From Antedon mediterranea (taxonomy: Eukaryota; Animalia; Echinodermata), in contig NC_092672.1 in NCBI RefSeq assembly GCF_964355755.1, positions 7,750,001 to 7,814,000 on the forward strand: a stretch of DNA of 64,000 nucleotides. Direction: 5' to 3'. Each line of letters begins with the position of its first letter. The first letter of the stretch is position 1. Positions 43,615 to 55,894 of the stretch are shown in pieces. The translations under genes were made by a program, and so were the position numbers. The notes under the pieces were generated by a model. The model was not told the DNA's origin. It did not search any database and saw only the letters and a program-made list of their open reading frames with translations.

Positions 43615-43930
43615 ATTTATTTATTATTTATTTATTAAAACATATTTAGGCAGGAAGAACATAATTCAGAAAAGAAAAGATCTCAAAATGTCCGTTTCTC
43701 AATATGGTCCTGCAATGAAACAACCATATAAAAAGAAAAATAGAAAAAATATAACAATCAGTAAATATAGAACGTTAATAACAAAACGTGGAAAATTCAA
43801 TTATTTTTTAAGAAATGCTTTTTATAATTATTAATTTTAAAACTATTTACAGACAAACTTTCTAGAATTTTTACAGGGATCTTATTCCAAGCTTTTGCTC
43901 CAGCAATCTTTAGTATATGTGTAGTGAATG
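43615..43930 (-). mobile_element. 3' fragment of a CR1/L2-clade LINE
   Basis: Minus strand reads FTTHILKIAGAKAWNKIPVKILESLSVNSFKINNYKKHFLKNN*, matching the 'GxKxWNxLP..S..SFK..K..L' ORF2 C-terminus, followed by a UTR and an (AATA)n tail. Confidence 0.6.
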
Positions 43931-46900
43931 ATATAGGGCTCGTTCAGGCTAAGTCATTTACCCGCGTAATCTTTAGTATATGTGTAGTGAATGATGTAGG
44001 GCTCGTTCAGGCTAAGTCATTTACCCGCGTGTGTAATGAATGATATAGGGCTCGTTCAGGCTAAGTCATTTACCCGCGTGTGTAATGAATGATATAGGGC
44101 TCGTTCAGGCTAAGTCATTTACCCGCGTAATCTTTAGTATATGTGTAGTGAATGATGTAGGGCTCGTTCAGGCTAAGTCATTTACCCGCGTGTGTAATGA
44201 ATGATATAGGGCTCGTTCAGGCTAAGTCATTTACCCGCGTAATCTTTAGTATATGTGTAGTGAATGATGTAGGGCTCGTTCAGGCTAAGTCATTTACCCG
44301 CGTGTGTAATGAATGATATAGGGCTCGTTCAGGCTAAGTCATTTACCCGCGTGTGTAATGAATGATATAGGGCTCGTTCAGGCTAAGTCATTTACCCGCG
44401 TGTGTAGTGAATGATATAGGGCTCGTTCAGGCTAAGTCATTTACCCGCGTGTGTAGTGAATGATATAGGGCTCGTTCAGGCTAAGTCATTTACCCGCGTG
44501 TGTAATGAATGATATAGGGCTCGTTCAGGCTAAGTCATTTACCCGCGTGTGTAGTGAATGATATAGGGCTCGTTCAGGCTAAGTCATTTACCCGCGTGTG
44601 TAGTGAATGATATAGGGCTCGTTCAGGCTAAGTCATTTACCCACGTATGTAGTGAATGATATAGGGCTCGTTCAGGCTAAGTCATTTACCCGCGTGTGTA
44701 GTGAATGATATAGGGCTCGTTCAGGCTAAGTCATTTACCCGCGTGTGTAGTGAATGATATAGGGCTCGTTCAGGCTAAGTCATTTACCCGCGTGTGTAGT
44801 GAATGATATAGGGCTCGTTCAGGCTAAGTCATTTACCCGCGTGTGTAGTGAATGATATAGGGCTCGTTCAGGCTAAGTCATTTACCCGCGTGTGTAGTGC
44901 ATGATATAGGGCTCGTTCAGGCTAAGTCATTTACCCGCGTGTGTAGTGAATGATATAGGGCTCGTTCAGGCTAAGTCATTTACCCGCGTGTGTAGTGAAT
45001 GATATAGGGCTCGTTCAGGCTAAGTCATTTACCCGCGTGCGTAGTGAATGATATAGGGCTCGTTCAGGCTAAGTCATTTACCCGCGTGTGTAGTGAATGA
45101 TATAGGGCTCGTTAAGGCTAAGTCATTTACCCGCGTGTGTAGTGAATGATATAGGGCTCGTTCAGGCTAAGTCATTTACCCGCGTGTGTAATGAATGATA
45201 TAGGGCTCGTTCAGGCTAAGTCATTTACCCGCGTGTGTAATGAATGATATAGGGCTCGTTCAGGCTAAGTCATTTACCCGCGTGTGTAATGAATGATATA
45301 GGGCTCGTTCAGGCTAAGTCATTTACCCGCGTGCGTAATGAATGATATAGGGCTCGTTCAGGCTAAGTCATTTACCCGCGTGTGTAATGAATGATATAGG
45401 GCTCGTTCAGGCTAAGTCATTTACCCGCGTGTGTAATGAATGATATAGGGCTCGTTCAGGCTAAGTCATTTACCCGCGTGTGTAGTGAATGATATAGGGC
45501 TCGTTCAGGCTAAGTCATTTACCCGCGTGTGTAATGAATGATATAGGGCTCGTTCAGGCTAAGTCATTTACCCGCGTGTGTAGTGAATGATATAGGGCTC
45601 GTTCAGGCTAAGTCATTTACCCGCGTGTGTAGTGAATGATATAGGGCTCGTTCAGGCTAAGTCATTTACCCGCGTGTGTAGTGAATGATATAGGGCTCGT
45701 TCAGGCTAAGTCATTTACCCGCGTGTGTAGTGAATGATATAGGGCTCGTTCAGGCTAAGTCATTTACCCGCGTGTGTAGTGAATGATATAGGGCTCGTTC
45801 AGGCTAAGTCATTTACCCGCGTGTGTAATGAATGATATAGGGCTCGTTCAGGCTAAGTCATTTACCCGCGTGTGTAGTGAATGATATAGGGCTCGTTCAG
45901 GCTAAGTCATTTACCCGCGTGTGTAGTGCATGATATAGGGCTCGTTCAGGCTAAGTCATTTACCCGCGTGTGTAGTGAATGATATAGGGCTCGTTCAGGC
46001 TAAGTCATTTACCCGCGTGTGTAGTGAATGATATAGGGCTCGTTCAGGCTAAGTCATTTACCCGCGTGTGTAGTGAATGATATAGGGCTCGTTCAGGCTA
46101 AGTCATTTACCCGCGTGTGTAGTGAATGATATAGGGCTCGTTCAGGCTAAGTCATTTACCCGCGTGTGTAATGAATGATATAGAGCTCGTTCAGGCTAAG
46201 TCATTTACCCACGTGTGTAGTGAATGATATAGGGCTCGTTCAGGCTAAGTCATTTACCCGCGTGTGTAGTGAATGATATAGGGCTCGTTCAGGCTAAGTC
46301 ATTTACCCGCGTGTGTAATGAATGATATAGGGCTCGTTCAGGCTAAGTCATTTACCCGCGTGTGTAGTGAATGATATAGGGCTCGTTCAGGCTAAGTCAT
46401 TTACCCGCGTGTGTAGTGAATGATATAGGGCTCGTTCAGGCTAAGTCATGTACCCGCGTGTGTAATGAATGATATAGGGCTCGTTCAGGCTAAGTCATTT
46501 ACCCGCGTGTGTAGTGAATGATATAGGGCTCGTTCAGGCTAAGTCATTTACCCGCGTGTGTAATGAATGATATAGGGCTCGTTCAGGCTAAGTCATTTAC
46601 CCGCGTGTGTAGTGAATGATATAGGGCTCGTTCAGGCTAAGTCATTTACCCGCGTGTGTAGTGAATGATATAGGGCTCGTTCAGGCTAAGTCATTTACCC
46701 GCGTGTGTAGTGAATGATATAGGGCTCGTTCAGGCTAAGTCATTTACCCGCGTGTGTAGTGAATGATATAGGGCTCGTTCAGGCTAAGTCATTTACCCGC
46801 GTGTGTAGTGAATGATATAGGGCTCGTTCAGGCTAAGTCATTTACCCGCGTGTGTAGTGAATGATATAGGGCTCGTTCAGGCTAAGTCATTTACCCGCGT

Positions 46901-46954
46901 GTGTAGTGAATGATATAGGGCTCGTTCAGGCTAAGTCATTTACCCGCGTGTGTA
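43905..46954. repeat. Highly homogeneous 49-bp minisatellite, about 61 units
   Basis: Unit GTGTA(G/A)TGAATGATATAGGGCTCGTTCAGGCTAAGTCATTTACCCGCGT, head-to-tail with no spacers; four 63-bp variants (extra AATCTTTAGTATAT) at the left edge. Confidence 0.98.
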
Positions 46955-46995
46955 TTTAATAATGCATGTGCACTGTATAATACGTGCGCTTGAGA

Positions 46996-47278
46996 TTGGT
47001 TCCCATTCTCGGACAAAACGCAAGGACGTAAGTGCGCCGCAAGTAATTTGACCAATAAAGCTTGGTTTTCACTAGAACGCAACGCAAGGACGTAAACGCA
47101 ACGCAAGCGTGTTGACCGACGACAAGCGACAGTTCGAATAATCTATCGCTTACGTTACGTCTACGTCCATGCGTTGCGTCCTAGTGAGAACCAAGCTTTA
47201 GAGATGGATTAAAAACTGTCGCTTCGATTGGTCAACTCACTTGATTGCGATCTAAACGTCGTTACGTGAACCAAGCTT
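46996..47278. mobile_element. Nested MITEs: intact copy 47056-47200 inserted in an older copy of the same family
   Basis: Inner ends TAAAGCTTGGTTTTCACTAG...CTAGTGAGAACCAAGCTTTA. Outer halves TTGGTTCCCA..AACGCAAGGACGTAA..TTGACCAA and TTGGTCAACTCACTT..GAACCAAGCTT reconstitute a second element. Confidence 0.7.
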
Positions 47279-47668
47279 CAGAAAAGGCTTTATGGTTTAT
47301 GGTACATTTCTATGACACGCTACACTTGAATACGTTTCAGATTTAATTCAGATCATATTGATACACTATAGTAGGATACGTATTAATTGTGTGACTTATA
47401 TTGGATTTCCCGTAAACATAATGGTACGTTCTGTCCAGGGTCGTATTAATACGTGGCTTTTGAGGGATACAAGTTCTATATACATGTTAAAAGGTCAATA
47501 TGTTAAGTGGCATCTGTATTGTGTTATATTGGCAATGATTTTATGGTAATTAGCGTGATTGGGTATACTAATTCATCCATGACTATTATTATATTTAGGA
47601 CAAGCGTTGTTTAATAGGCCAGGAGAGAGTTTCGTAAACTGAAACATATTGTAAAAGGACTAACAATC

Positions 47669-50600
47669 ATGGAAGGCAGTGAAGCAACATGTGATTTTGC
47701 TGAAAAACTGGAGAAGGTGTTCAGTGGCACCTTCACAAGTCTCGGTATTATTACAGGGCTTGAGGTGGGTCTGTTTGATATATTATCAAACTTCAAAGAA
47801 CCAAAATCATACATAGAAATTGCTGAAAAGGGCGGACTAAAACCAAGGTAGGATGCTGTCTGTGCACATCATAGCCATTTCTGATATTTATTATACGATA
47901 TAATCTAAGCCCGTTTATAGTTATTTATCCAGGTGAGTTGACGTAACCTACTATATAGCGATGAGTGTGCTTGTCCATGAAACCAACTTACGGGGGTTAA
48001 CCTGAACGAGCCCTATTCATTACACATTGTTTCATATTATCTGAAAACAATTGTTAAGGCCCATTTACTCTAGGACGATAACGATAGCCGATACATTGGT
48101 TATTTTATAGATGAAAAGTGAATGCTTATCTAGCCTATTTATCGTCGAATGTTATCGTCCAAGTGTAAATGGACCTTTCATATAATAACATACACCAACT
48201 ACAGCATAACAGTTGTTTTATAATAACCACGCTTAGCTATACAATGTTGTATACATTATTTTGGTGGCGCCATAATGCACTTTACCTGCCCTTCATGTAT
48301 AAATACAAATCAAAATCATGTCGTATGCTTTTAATGTTTATGTTTTAAGGTACGTAAAGGAGTTACTTGGTTGTATGACATCAGCCGGAATCGTTAAAAT
48401 TGATCCAGAAAATGAAAAGTATTATCTTCCTGAGAATCATCGAAAATTCTTTGACAAGAGTAAATCGGAGTCATATATTGTGCAATACATGGAGCTTCTA
48501 CCTACACTTTGTACATTAAGAGAAAAGGTTGCCAAATGCTATCCAATTGATGGGCCAAAAGGTACCAGTAATTTTAATGCTGCGGTGCCAATTTTTTTAA
48601 ACAACGTAAATACGCATGCGTAAACTTCAGAGGTTTTCCACTACATGGTGGCGTTGATGATAAGGTGGTGTCTCTTCTAGTCATGTTGAGACAGGATTGC
48701 GTTTTTAAAACGACATGATGACGAAGTGGAGATTTTATAAAGACCACACGAGAAAATGACGATGATGACGTTTTTTTTTTATTACGACGACGGTGAAAAA
48801 ATACAGGACAGTGCTCATGAATAATTTATGCGTGAGCTTTCACAAAGTGGGCGAAGCTTAGCGTGAAATTCTGTCGTTTTACCTTTCATTTAACCTTAAA
48901 TATACAGTTCAAATTAAACTTTAAAGTGGATGCTGTACAACTGCCAAGAGATTCAGAAGCGTCCTCGTGAGAGAGAGAGAGAGATACTGATGTTCTAGCT
49001 ACGCCATGCACCCAAATCAATACACCAATAGGTAGTAAATAGCCTAATTACTGTCATTAGTATCTAGGTAGGCTAGCCCTAATATAGGCTATTAGTGTCT
49101 GGAATTAGTAGGCATGATTTGTCTCTCTCCCCCTTCGCGCAAGAAGGGTGCGTAACTAAACGGCTACGTCGACTGTTTATGATTTTACGCTCTAGCGAAC
49201 ACATAATCTTCGTCGTCCTCACCTTATGCGTCCTGTTTCGTAAAGTCCCTATTTATCAAGACGACGTTGAAAACATGATTGTGAGGATAGTTATCCATTT
49301 GACGGTGAAAATGACGACGGTGTTGACGTAGTGAGGATTTTTATCAAGACGACGATGGAAAAGTGATGACGACGGTGAAAAAAAATTACGACGACTCGAT
49401 GTAGACGTAGTGTATTTATGATGACGATTAAGATGACAAAATGACGACGATGACGTATGTGGAAAATTACAGAGACAAACAGTAAGCCTTACCATGCTGC
49501 ACCTTATAATATATATGAATACAATACCTTATATATTGTTTTTATCTTTTGGGAGCTTTTCACCTTTACTCCATTAGTCGCATTTATAATAACCCATGTC
49601 ACCCTCTAAGGGTGATGTATTATTATTATTAAGATTATATATATATTATAACCATAAAATAAGTCGTATACTATTATACTTACATTACAAAGCATCATTC
49701 TGGCTAAGCTCACCTCCTTAGACTTTACTTCCAGCACCTGTATGGTGATTACCTTTCCTATCACCAGCAATCTATGAAAACAAGCAAAAAGAAAACATTT
49801 GACATTTTATATTATAAAAGTCAAATTTTAATATTGTATCCATCGCTAATTGATGCATGACGATACAAACACGACAAACGGAAATTATTATTACATTATT
49901 AAATGGATGGATGTTGTGTACGTCTGATTTATTTTAGGTGTAAGTCCAGAGCAGTACAAATGCTTTGCTAGTCACATGTCAAAGGTGTCGGCAGTGTATG
50001 TCAACCGTCAACTACTATCGTATATCAATCAAGTGGATGGACTAACACACATGCTTGGTAAATAATGGGGTTCTGTCAATTACACAGTTGCTGAATTAAA
50101 TTGCTAAAACATTTTGAACTATTGATAAACTATTGATTACATTTACCCTTGTCCATTATACTACGAATGTTTTACACCCGGCATTCGCAAGTTATTACAT
50201 GTAAATAGGTAAATATAAGTACTCCGTCTTATTTATTCTAGAAAGTGGGGTTGAATGTCTTGATTTGGCGTGTGGGACCGGACATACTACAGTTATTATG
50301 GCAGAAAGGTTTCTTCATTCAAAGTTTATTGGCGGAGATTTCATGGCAGAACAGCTCAGTGTTGGTAGAGATATTGCAAACAGCCGCAATCTTACAAATA
50401 TAACTCTTCAACAATTTAACGTTGAAAACCTACCACAAGAGTGGACAGAAAGATTCGACTTTGTACTATGTCATTATGCTATCCACGACTTGTCTAATCC
50501 TAAGAAAGGACTGAAGGAATTCAGGAGAGTTTTGAAGACCAGTGGTATTGGTTTGATAGCTGACGTTAATATGCACAGCAAACATTCTGGAAATGTGAAT

Positions 50601-50795
50601 AACCATGTAGCTAGCATGGAGTATGGATTCAGTGAGGTACATTGTATGCCCGCATCTCTTTCATTCGATGATGGGTGGGGCCTAGGAGCCGGTTGGGGTG
50701 TCGAATATGCTACACAGTTCATTGAATCATGTGGGTTTGAAGTTAAAATGATTGAAAGTGGTAAAACCGTGCTTTACATTGTAAAAACGAAATGA
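47669..50795 (+). CDS. SAM-dependent methyltransferase, Rv2258c-like (N-terminal winged helix + class I MTase), about 354 aa
   Basis: Exons 47669-47847, 48350-48561, 49938-50057, 50242-50795, phase-consistent. GLEVGLFD, EIAEKGGLKPRYVKELLGCM, motif I CLDLACGTG, FDFVLCHYAIHDL, HCMPASL..GLGAGWG. Confidence 0.88.
48058..48175. mobile_element. Harbinger/PIF-like MITE in methyltransferase intron 1
   Basis: TAA|GGCCCATTTACTCTAGGACGATAAC ... GTTATCGTCCAAGTGTAAATGGACC|TTT, ~25-bp imperfect TIRs. Confidence 0.6.
48634..49466. mobile_element. Possible non-autonomous DNA element with GAC/GAT-rich subterminal repeats in methyltransferase intron 2
   Basis: Ends TTTTCCAC...GTGGAAAA; repeated GACGACGGTGAAAAAA and AAAATGACGA(C/T)G motifs near both ends; GC/CpG content above flanks. 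Confidence 0.35.
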
Positions 50796-51388
50796 TTGCC
50801 AAATAAGCAGTTAATATTTACACAAAATAATTATTTTTTCTTGGGTCTCTATTATTAAAAATAAAATTGTCATAGATTGATACAATTACATTATAACCGA
50901 GTGCTTTATATTACATGTTTTTCTGGTTATAGACCGATATGTAAGATCATCATGTTTGTTATTAATAAAAGCGTGCACAAATATTAAGATTTCGGGAAAA
51001 AAATATTTGCAAGATAATGTTTAAAAAAAACCCTTAAGATACAATATTTACTAAAACATACAATATTCTCATTTATACACATCATAAACTAGAACATGTA
51101 CATAAGGCGTACACATTATATAATCAAGGAAGAGTTAAATTTAACTCTTCCCTGATATAATATCCCGGTGAGTTTGTGAACATTTGTTTAATCATTATAA
51201 ACATTTAAATTTAAATCGACGTTAATAACGTCAGTCATAAGCAGCAAGTTTGTTTTCCTTTTCCTCCTTGTTTTCTTAATTATTTTTTCTTTATTTTATT
51301 ACTATAATTATATCAACACCGGCATGGCCTACTATAATAAATAGCCTATACATTAACAAAAAACATGATGTACTCATAGCGTCTTGCT

Positions 51389-53417
51389 TTAATACGTGTT
51401 TAATGCATCCACTTCTGCTATCATGCCATTTTCTCTTAGCATTTTAACGAATGTTTCCTTGGTCTTTGGAGTTAGTTTATTATTAAGTTCTAAGGACAAT
51501 ATGAGACGCCACTTATCTGTTTCTTTTATGTGAGAAAGCCCACACAATTTCAGAATTGTTTCTAAGTTTGTTTCTTCTACTTTAAATCCGAATTCGATTA
51601 CGTTTCGTCGATATTTTGAGATTTTGTGAACTTCGTCCATAGAGGCAGGATACTGATATGTCGGTATTTTCTTCTTGATAATTTCCTCAATTGGCCCTAC
51701 CCCACATAAAAACGCAGCTTCGGCGATAACATCTATGTTTGATGGACTAAGTTTACCACTACCTCGGAGTAAGTTAAACAAGTTAAATACGTCATCTTCT
51801 TTTTGAATTTCAGTTATACCGATTCTGTTAAAGTCGCATAGCAATACTTTCAGCATGTGGATTTTTCCAAACTCTTGCCAACGTTTTGATACGTTAACAA
51901 GTAGCTGTAAATATTCGGATTCAGGCAAGTCTGTAAAAAAAATACACATTTTAAAAAATATAATTATTTTACTAATAAAATATTAATTATCAACATCAAA
52001 ATTCAAGTCACTAAAATAAATTAAACAACGTGATGGTACAAAGTTGATCTCAATGTTATATACTAATTAAAATAGGCCTACTGTACATCTTTATTATTTA
52101 CACATTTTATAATAAAGATAAATATTATTCCAATTAATGATTTTTTTTATTGAACGTAAACAACTTTATCAGTTACTGAATCCTTGGCAAAATAGTAACA
52201 TTATGTTAATAAATATTAAAAAAATAGTATTCAATAAATATATATAGGCCTAAGGTAAATCTTACTATAAATTGGTCTGGCGTTGGTAGAGTGCTCTGTT
52301 TCTTTTTGGCATTCTGGGGTAAAACCTGTTTGTGTAAAAATATAACAGCTTTAAATACTATACTCAACTGTACCAGTAATCTTTGCGCCAAGTATGCCTA
52401 TTATGTATATAAACAATATGTATAGTTTAATTTTTTTTATCAGTAAGTACTGTCTATTGTATACCTTCATTTAGAATGGAAACAGCCGCTTTGAGATCTA
52501 TTCGTCCCAATTCTTTAATAAAGTCCGCCATCTTCGTAGGCGTGATCACCTGTTTATGCTCCAGATCCCTAATCATAGCCCAACTATCTGTATAGTTCTT
52601 CAATGGTGTGTTGCAGCTTGCATCAATCTTTGATACATCATTTGACGCAAGGCAGTGTCCAAATTTAAGTAATTTCTGCCTATATGCTGTGAACTTAGTA
52701 AATGGGGTTTGCTTGTCAACGAGGGGGAATGATGGTATCTTTCCTTTAAGCTCAGTTTCTAGAGAAAATTCGTCAGTCAACTTGATAGCATCATGCAAGA
52801 GAGTAAGATCTTGGTAACTAAATGCACCAGATGATTCTAGTGCATTTAACAGTTCTATCGTTTTAGTGATACCCGATAGTTTAGACTCTTTTACGTGATC
52901 TTTAAACAAAACCTTTAACATAACAAGTAGTCCACGAGCATCAAAATATTCGGAGACAGTTATTTTCAGAAACCTAAAATCTTTCTCAGGTATTCCTACA
53001 AATAATCAAAATAAAATGCATTAATATAAATGTCTTATTAGTAAGAATATGTTGATGAGTAGAGACATTTACTGCTCTATTTTGAACGAGGCGCGAGTCA
53101 AGTTTAAAATATTGCAGTCAATTTAAACGACGAATTAAGCGAATATAAAATTAAAATAGCATATAAGCTGTCAAAGGTTATCAAATTTTCCCAAATATTG
53201 CTTTCAAACTATTTCTATTTTCATTCTATTTTTCATTTTATGGTGTAGCACTATTTATAAAGTTTTTTATTGATCTTTAATCAAATAATCAAAAGACAAG
53301 ATGGTTAAACAAACATACTGTAATCAGCACAGTATTTAAACTTTTAATAATTAGTAAGACCGTACTTCATTTAGCCTAATTAAACACCTAAAATAGCCTA
53401 CCATTGTTTGAAGCCAT
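51389..53417 (-). CDS. Death-effector-domain-only protein with two tandem-DED exons (four DEDs), about 362 aa
   Basis: Exons (minus) 53417-53402 (MASNN), 52995-52465, 51930-51389, phase-1 introns. Each large exon has the DED1 pattern F/Y..L...VS..F/W.....MLKVL..D......I.....L.N.L...G..S..D/N...L/I and a second DED opening F/I-T/S-x-YR..L..FG, as in caspase-8/cFLIP prodomains. No catalytic domain. Confidence 0.8.
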
Positions 53418-54099
53418 GATAATGCAACTTTTCTGCTAATGTGTCTATTTCTGAATGAGAAAAAAATGAAATTAATATTTGCATATACTACAAATAGCCT
53501 ACACACTATAATAACGAGAATAGGCCTAATAGACAGATTATCAGAACTCGGTAATTATTAGGGGAGAAATTATTATATAGCCGTTTCTACCTTGTCCTAC
53601 TGGATAAGGTTCTATTCTCTTAAAATAATTATCTAAAACGTTATTTTACAGCCATCGTGCATCTGGAGAGTTTGGTGAGCCGAGCTCAGGATCTCTTCCT
53701 GGGTGTCGGACAAAATGGCGATTCATAAGACTCCAATACCGAAAACTTATGTGACGTTGCTGAAAAATGATATCTGCCATATATTTTCTAGATGATCCCT
53801 GAAAACAATAGGGTTTTATAAGCCTAGCTATGGCACCACTTTGTAACCCAACGAACTACTTTACAATGTTAAATGACAAACTAAAACTAAATAAAATAAG
53901 CTTCTATCAATTGTCAAAGCATAACATTTAAAAGAATTCGTAAAAAATAAGAAAAACTAATGAAAAAAATAACAAAAATTTGCTTACGATCTACTTTGCG
54001 TGCTGTTTCCTGGTCAATCTCTCCTATATTGGATAATTGTTGTTGTTGGGGACGCTATAATGTTAATTTAAAGAGATTGCTTAGTCATTGAAATGAATC

Positions 54100-54129
54100 G
54101 GGGTAATCTCAATTTTAGGGGAAATTCCC
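54100..54129. promoter_or_regulatory. NF-kappaB site(s) upstream of the 4xDED gene
   Basis: GGGGAAATTCCC at 54118-54129 (consensus GGGRNNYYCC) and weaker GGGGTAATCTC at 54100-54110, ~130 nt beyond a minus-strand donor (GTAAGC, ~53983-53987). Confidence 0.55.
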
Positions 54130-54201
54130 AGGAGTTCTAAAGTTGTATTTACTAGGTCTACTCCAGTGGTACATCACCAAACCAATAAACAGTACATATT
54201 T

Positions 54202-54430
54202 TTGTTATTCCACCCAGCCGCCTTAAGACCTATGGTGATCGAGCCTTTGCAGTTGCAGCTCCTAAACTGTGGAACAATCTTCCTGACCCTATCTAATAAA
54301 AATGCATCCTCTATCACAGTTTTCAAAACACTCTTAAAAACCTATCTTTTTTCTTTGTAATTTCTTTCTGTTTTTTCTCTCAGTGCTTTGGGACAATATT
54401 TTGATTGTAAAAGCGCTTTATAAATCAAAC
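54202..54430 (+). mobile_element. 3' fragment of an L2-clade LINE
   Basis: Encodes VIPPSRLKTYGDRAFAVAAPKLWNNLPDPI / KNASSITVFKTLLKTYLF across a frameshift, then an L2-type tail CAGTGCTTTGGGAC...AAAAGCGCTTTATAAAT. Confidence 0.8.
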
Positions 54431-55102
54431 AACATTATTTACAATTTTAGCGTTGATCACGTGTCTACGGTGGGTTAATAGGCATTGTGTGTGTGGGTTA
54501 GTAGGTCTACTGCGTAATCATGGAATCCCGTGGTAATAACGATTAGGCCTATCAAAATACAATTGACATCATATTTACGTTTTTATCTTATCTTTCTGTT
54601 TGCCAGTATCACTGAAATTCCTGCAGTCTATAAACAATATTATTGTTGGAAAATAAAATGCAATGGAAGGTTTAATATACATTTTATTCGTTGACAAGAC
54701 AAAATCTTTTAGAAATTTGAACGATCAAAACATTATTTCTGGCACACAAAATGTAATAATAAAGAAACTTTTTTTAATGTTTTTTTTTCTTTTAATGAAA
54801 TATTCTGTGTTACATAGTAGTAGATCTACTTATATATACTATAATACTTGAAAGATTATATAAATTGTCAGTTAAAATAACCCTGCTGATACCCAAAAGT
54901 GATTAGGCCTATATTATGTTTTTGGTGCCATTGGTAAACAATATGAATAATACGGGCGCAGAATTAATTCTGTCTAGGCCTACACAGAATTGTTTTTGTC
55001 CTAATAGAATCAACTATGTGTCACATAATTGTATTAAGGCGACAAAATGAGTAATGTACCGAACGGCCCCCGTAGAATAAGCCTCTGTTTTTGTAATTAA
55101 CT

Positions 55103-55128
55103 TTCCGGGGAAAACCCTGCTTCCGGAA
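55103..55128. promoter_or_regulatory. Overlapping NF-kappaB and STAT/Ets-like sites upstream of the TIR-DED gene
   Basis: GGGGAAAACCC 55107-55117, TTCCGGGGAA (TTC-N4-GAA) 55103-55112, TTCCGGAA 55121-55128. Confidence 0.45.
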
Positions 55129-55894
55129 TTATATTATCTGCGATAGAACCACCGAGAGCTTTACATCGCATGTTCAGTGGATGGAGTAGCTTGGAGAGGA
55201 TATCACGGAATGGAATTTTTGTGACGGTTTCGATAAATTTGTTTCGAATAATAAGGAAATTTCTATTCTATATATAACTAGGCTATATATAGTATAATCT
55301 CACGTTTTTTTATCTTTAAAATACCATGGTCCAATCAATCCAGAGTAAACGTTACATGTGACTCTGGAGCATCGTCCGCGGAGCACACACCTTGTTTTTT
55401 GGTAAGCATTCATCTTAATAATTGGTTGTTTATTCAATATTTGAGTAATGTAAAACAGGATATCGCAGTTTTTTAGATCATAAATTAGCAATCTAATATT
55501 ATGTGAAGTTAAATTGATTGTTTTTACATTATATGATAACTTTTAGCGATGCCGGGTGTAGGGAGTGTTAGTTCACTCACTGTCATTGTTATCATGCTTT
55601 GTTACTGTTTACAAAACCTCAAATTCGTGGCTGTAGCCGTAGCTGATTTTTCGGTCACCACACACTTTGAGATGAAGCCTAGAAATTTAGGCCTTCCTGT
55701 TTACCTGGATATCGGATTTTGGTATAATACATTGATTAATAATATTGTACCTAATTAAATATTCTATATCTTCATTTTCTGAATTGTTCAATTTAATGTA
55801 CGGTAATTTATATTCAAATAATGTCGGAATACAAACAAATTTTATATTTTCAATTATAGATTTGAAATAATTATAAATTTTCAATCAATCAATC

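Noticed and set aside
43905-46954. CRISPR array
   Set aside because: Units are contiguous and near-identical with no unique spacers, there are no cas genes, and the context is eukaryotic; it is a minisatellite.
36626-50795. Bacterial contamination explaining the bacterial-type genes
   Set aside because: Both genes have multiple canonical spliceosomal introns containing host repeats and match flanking base composition.
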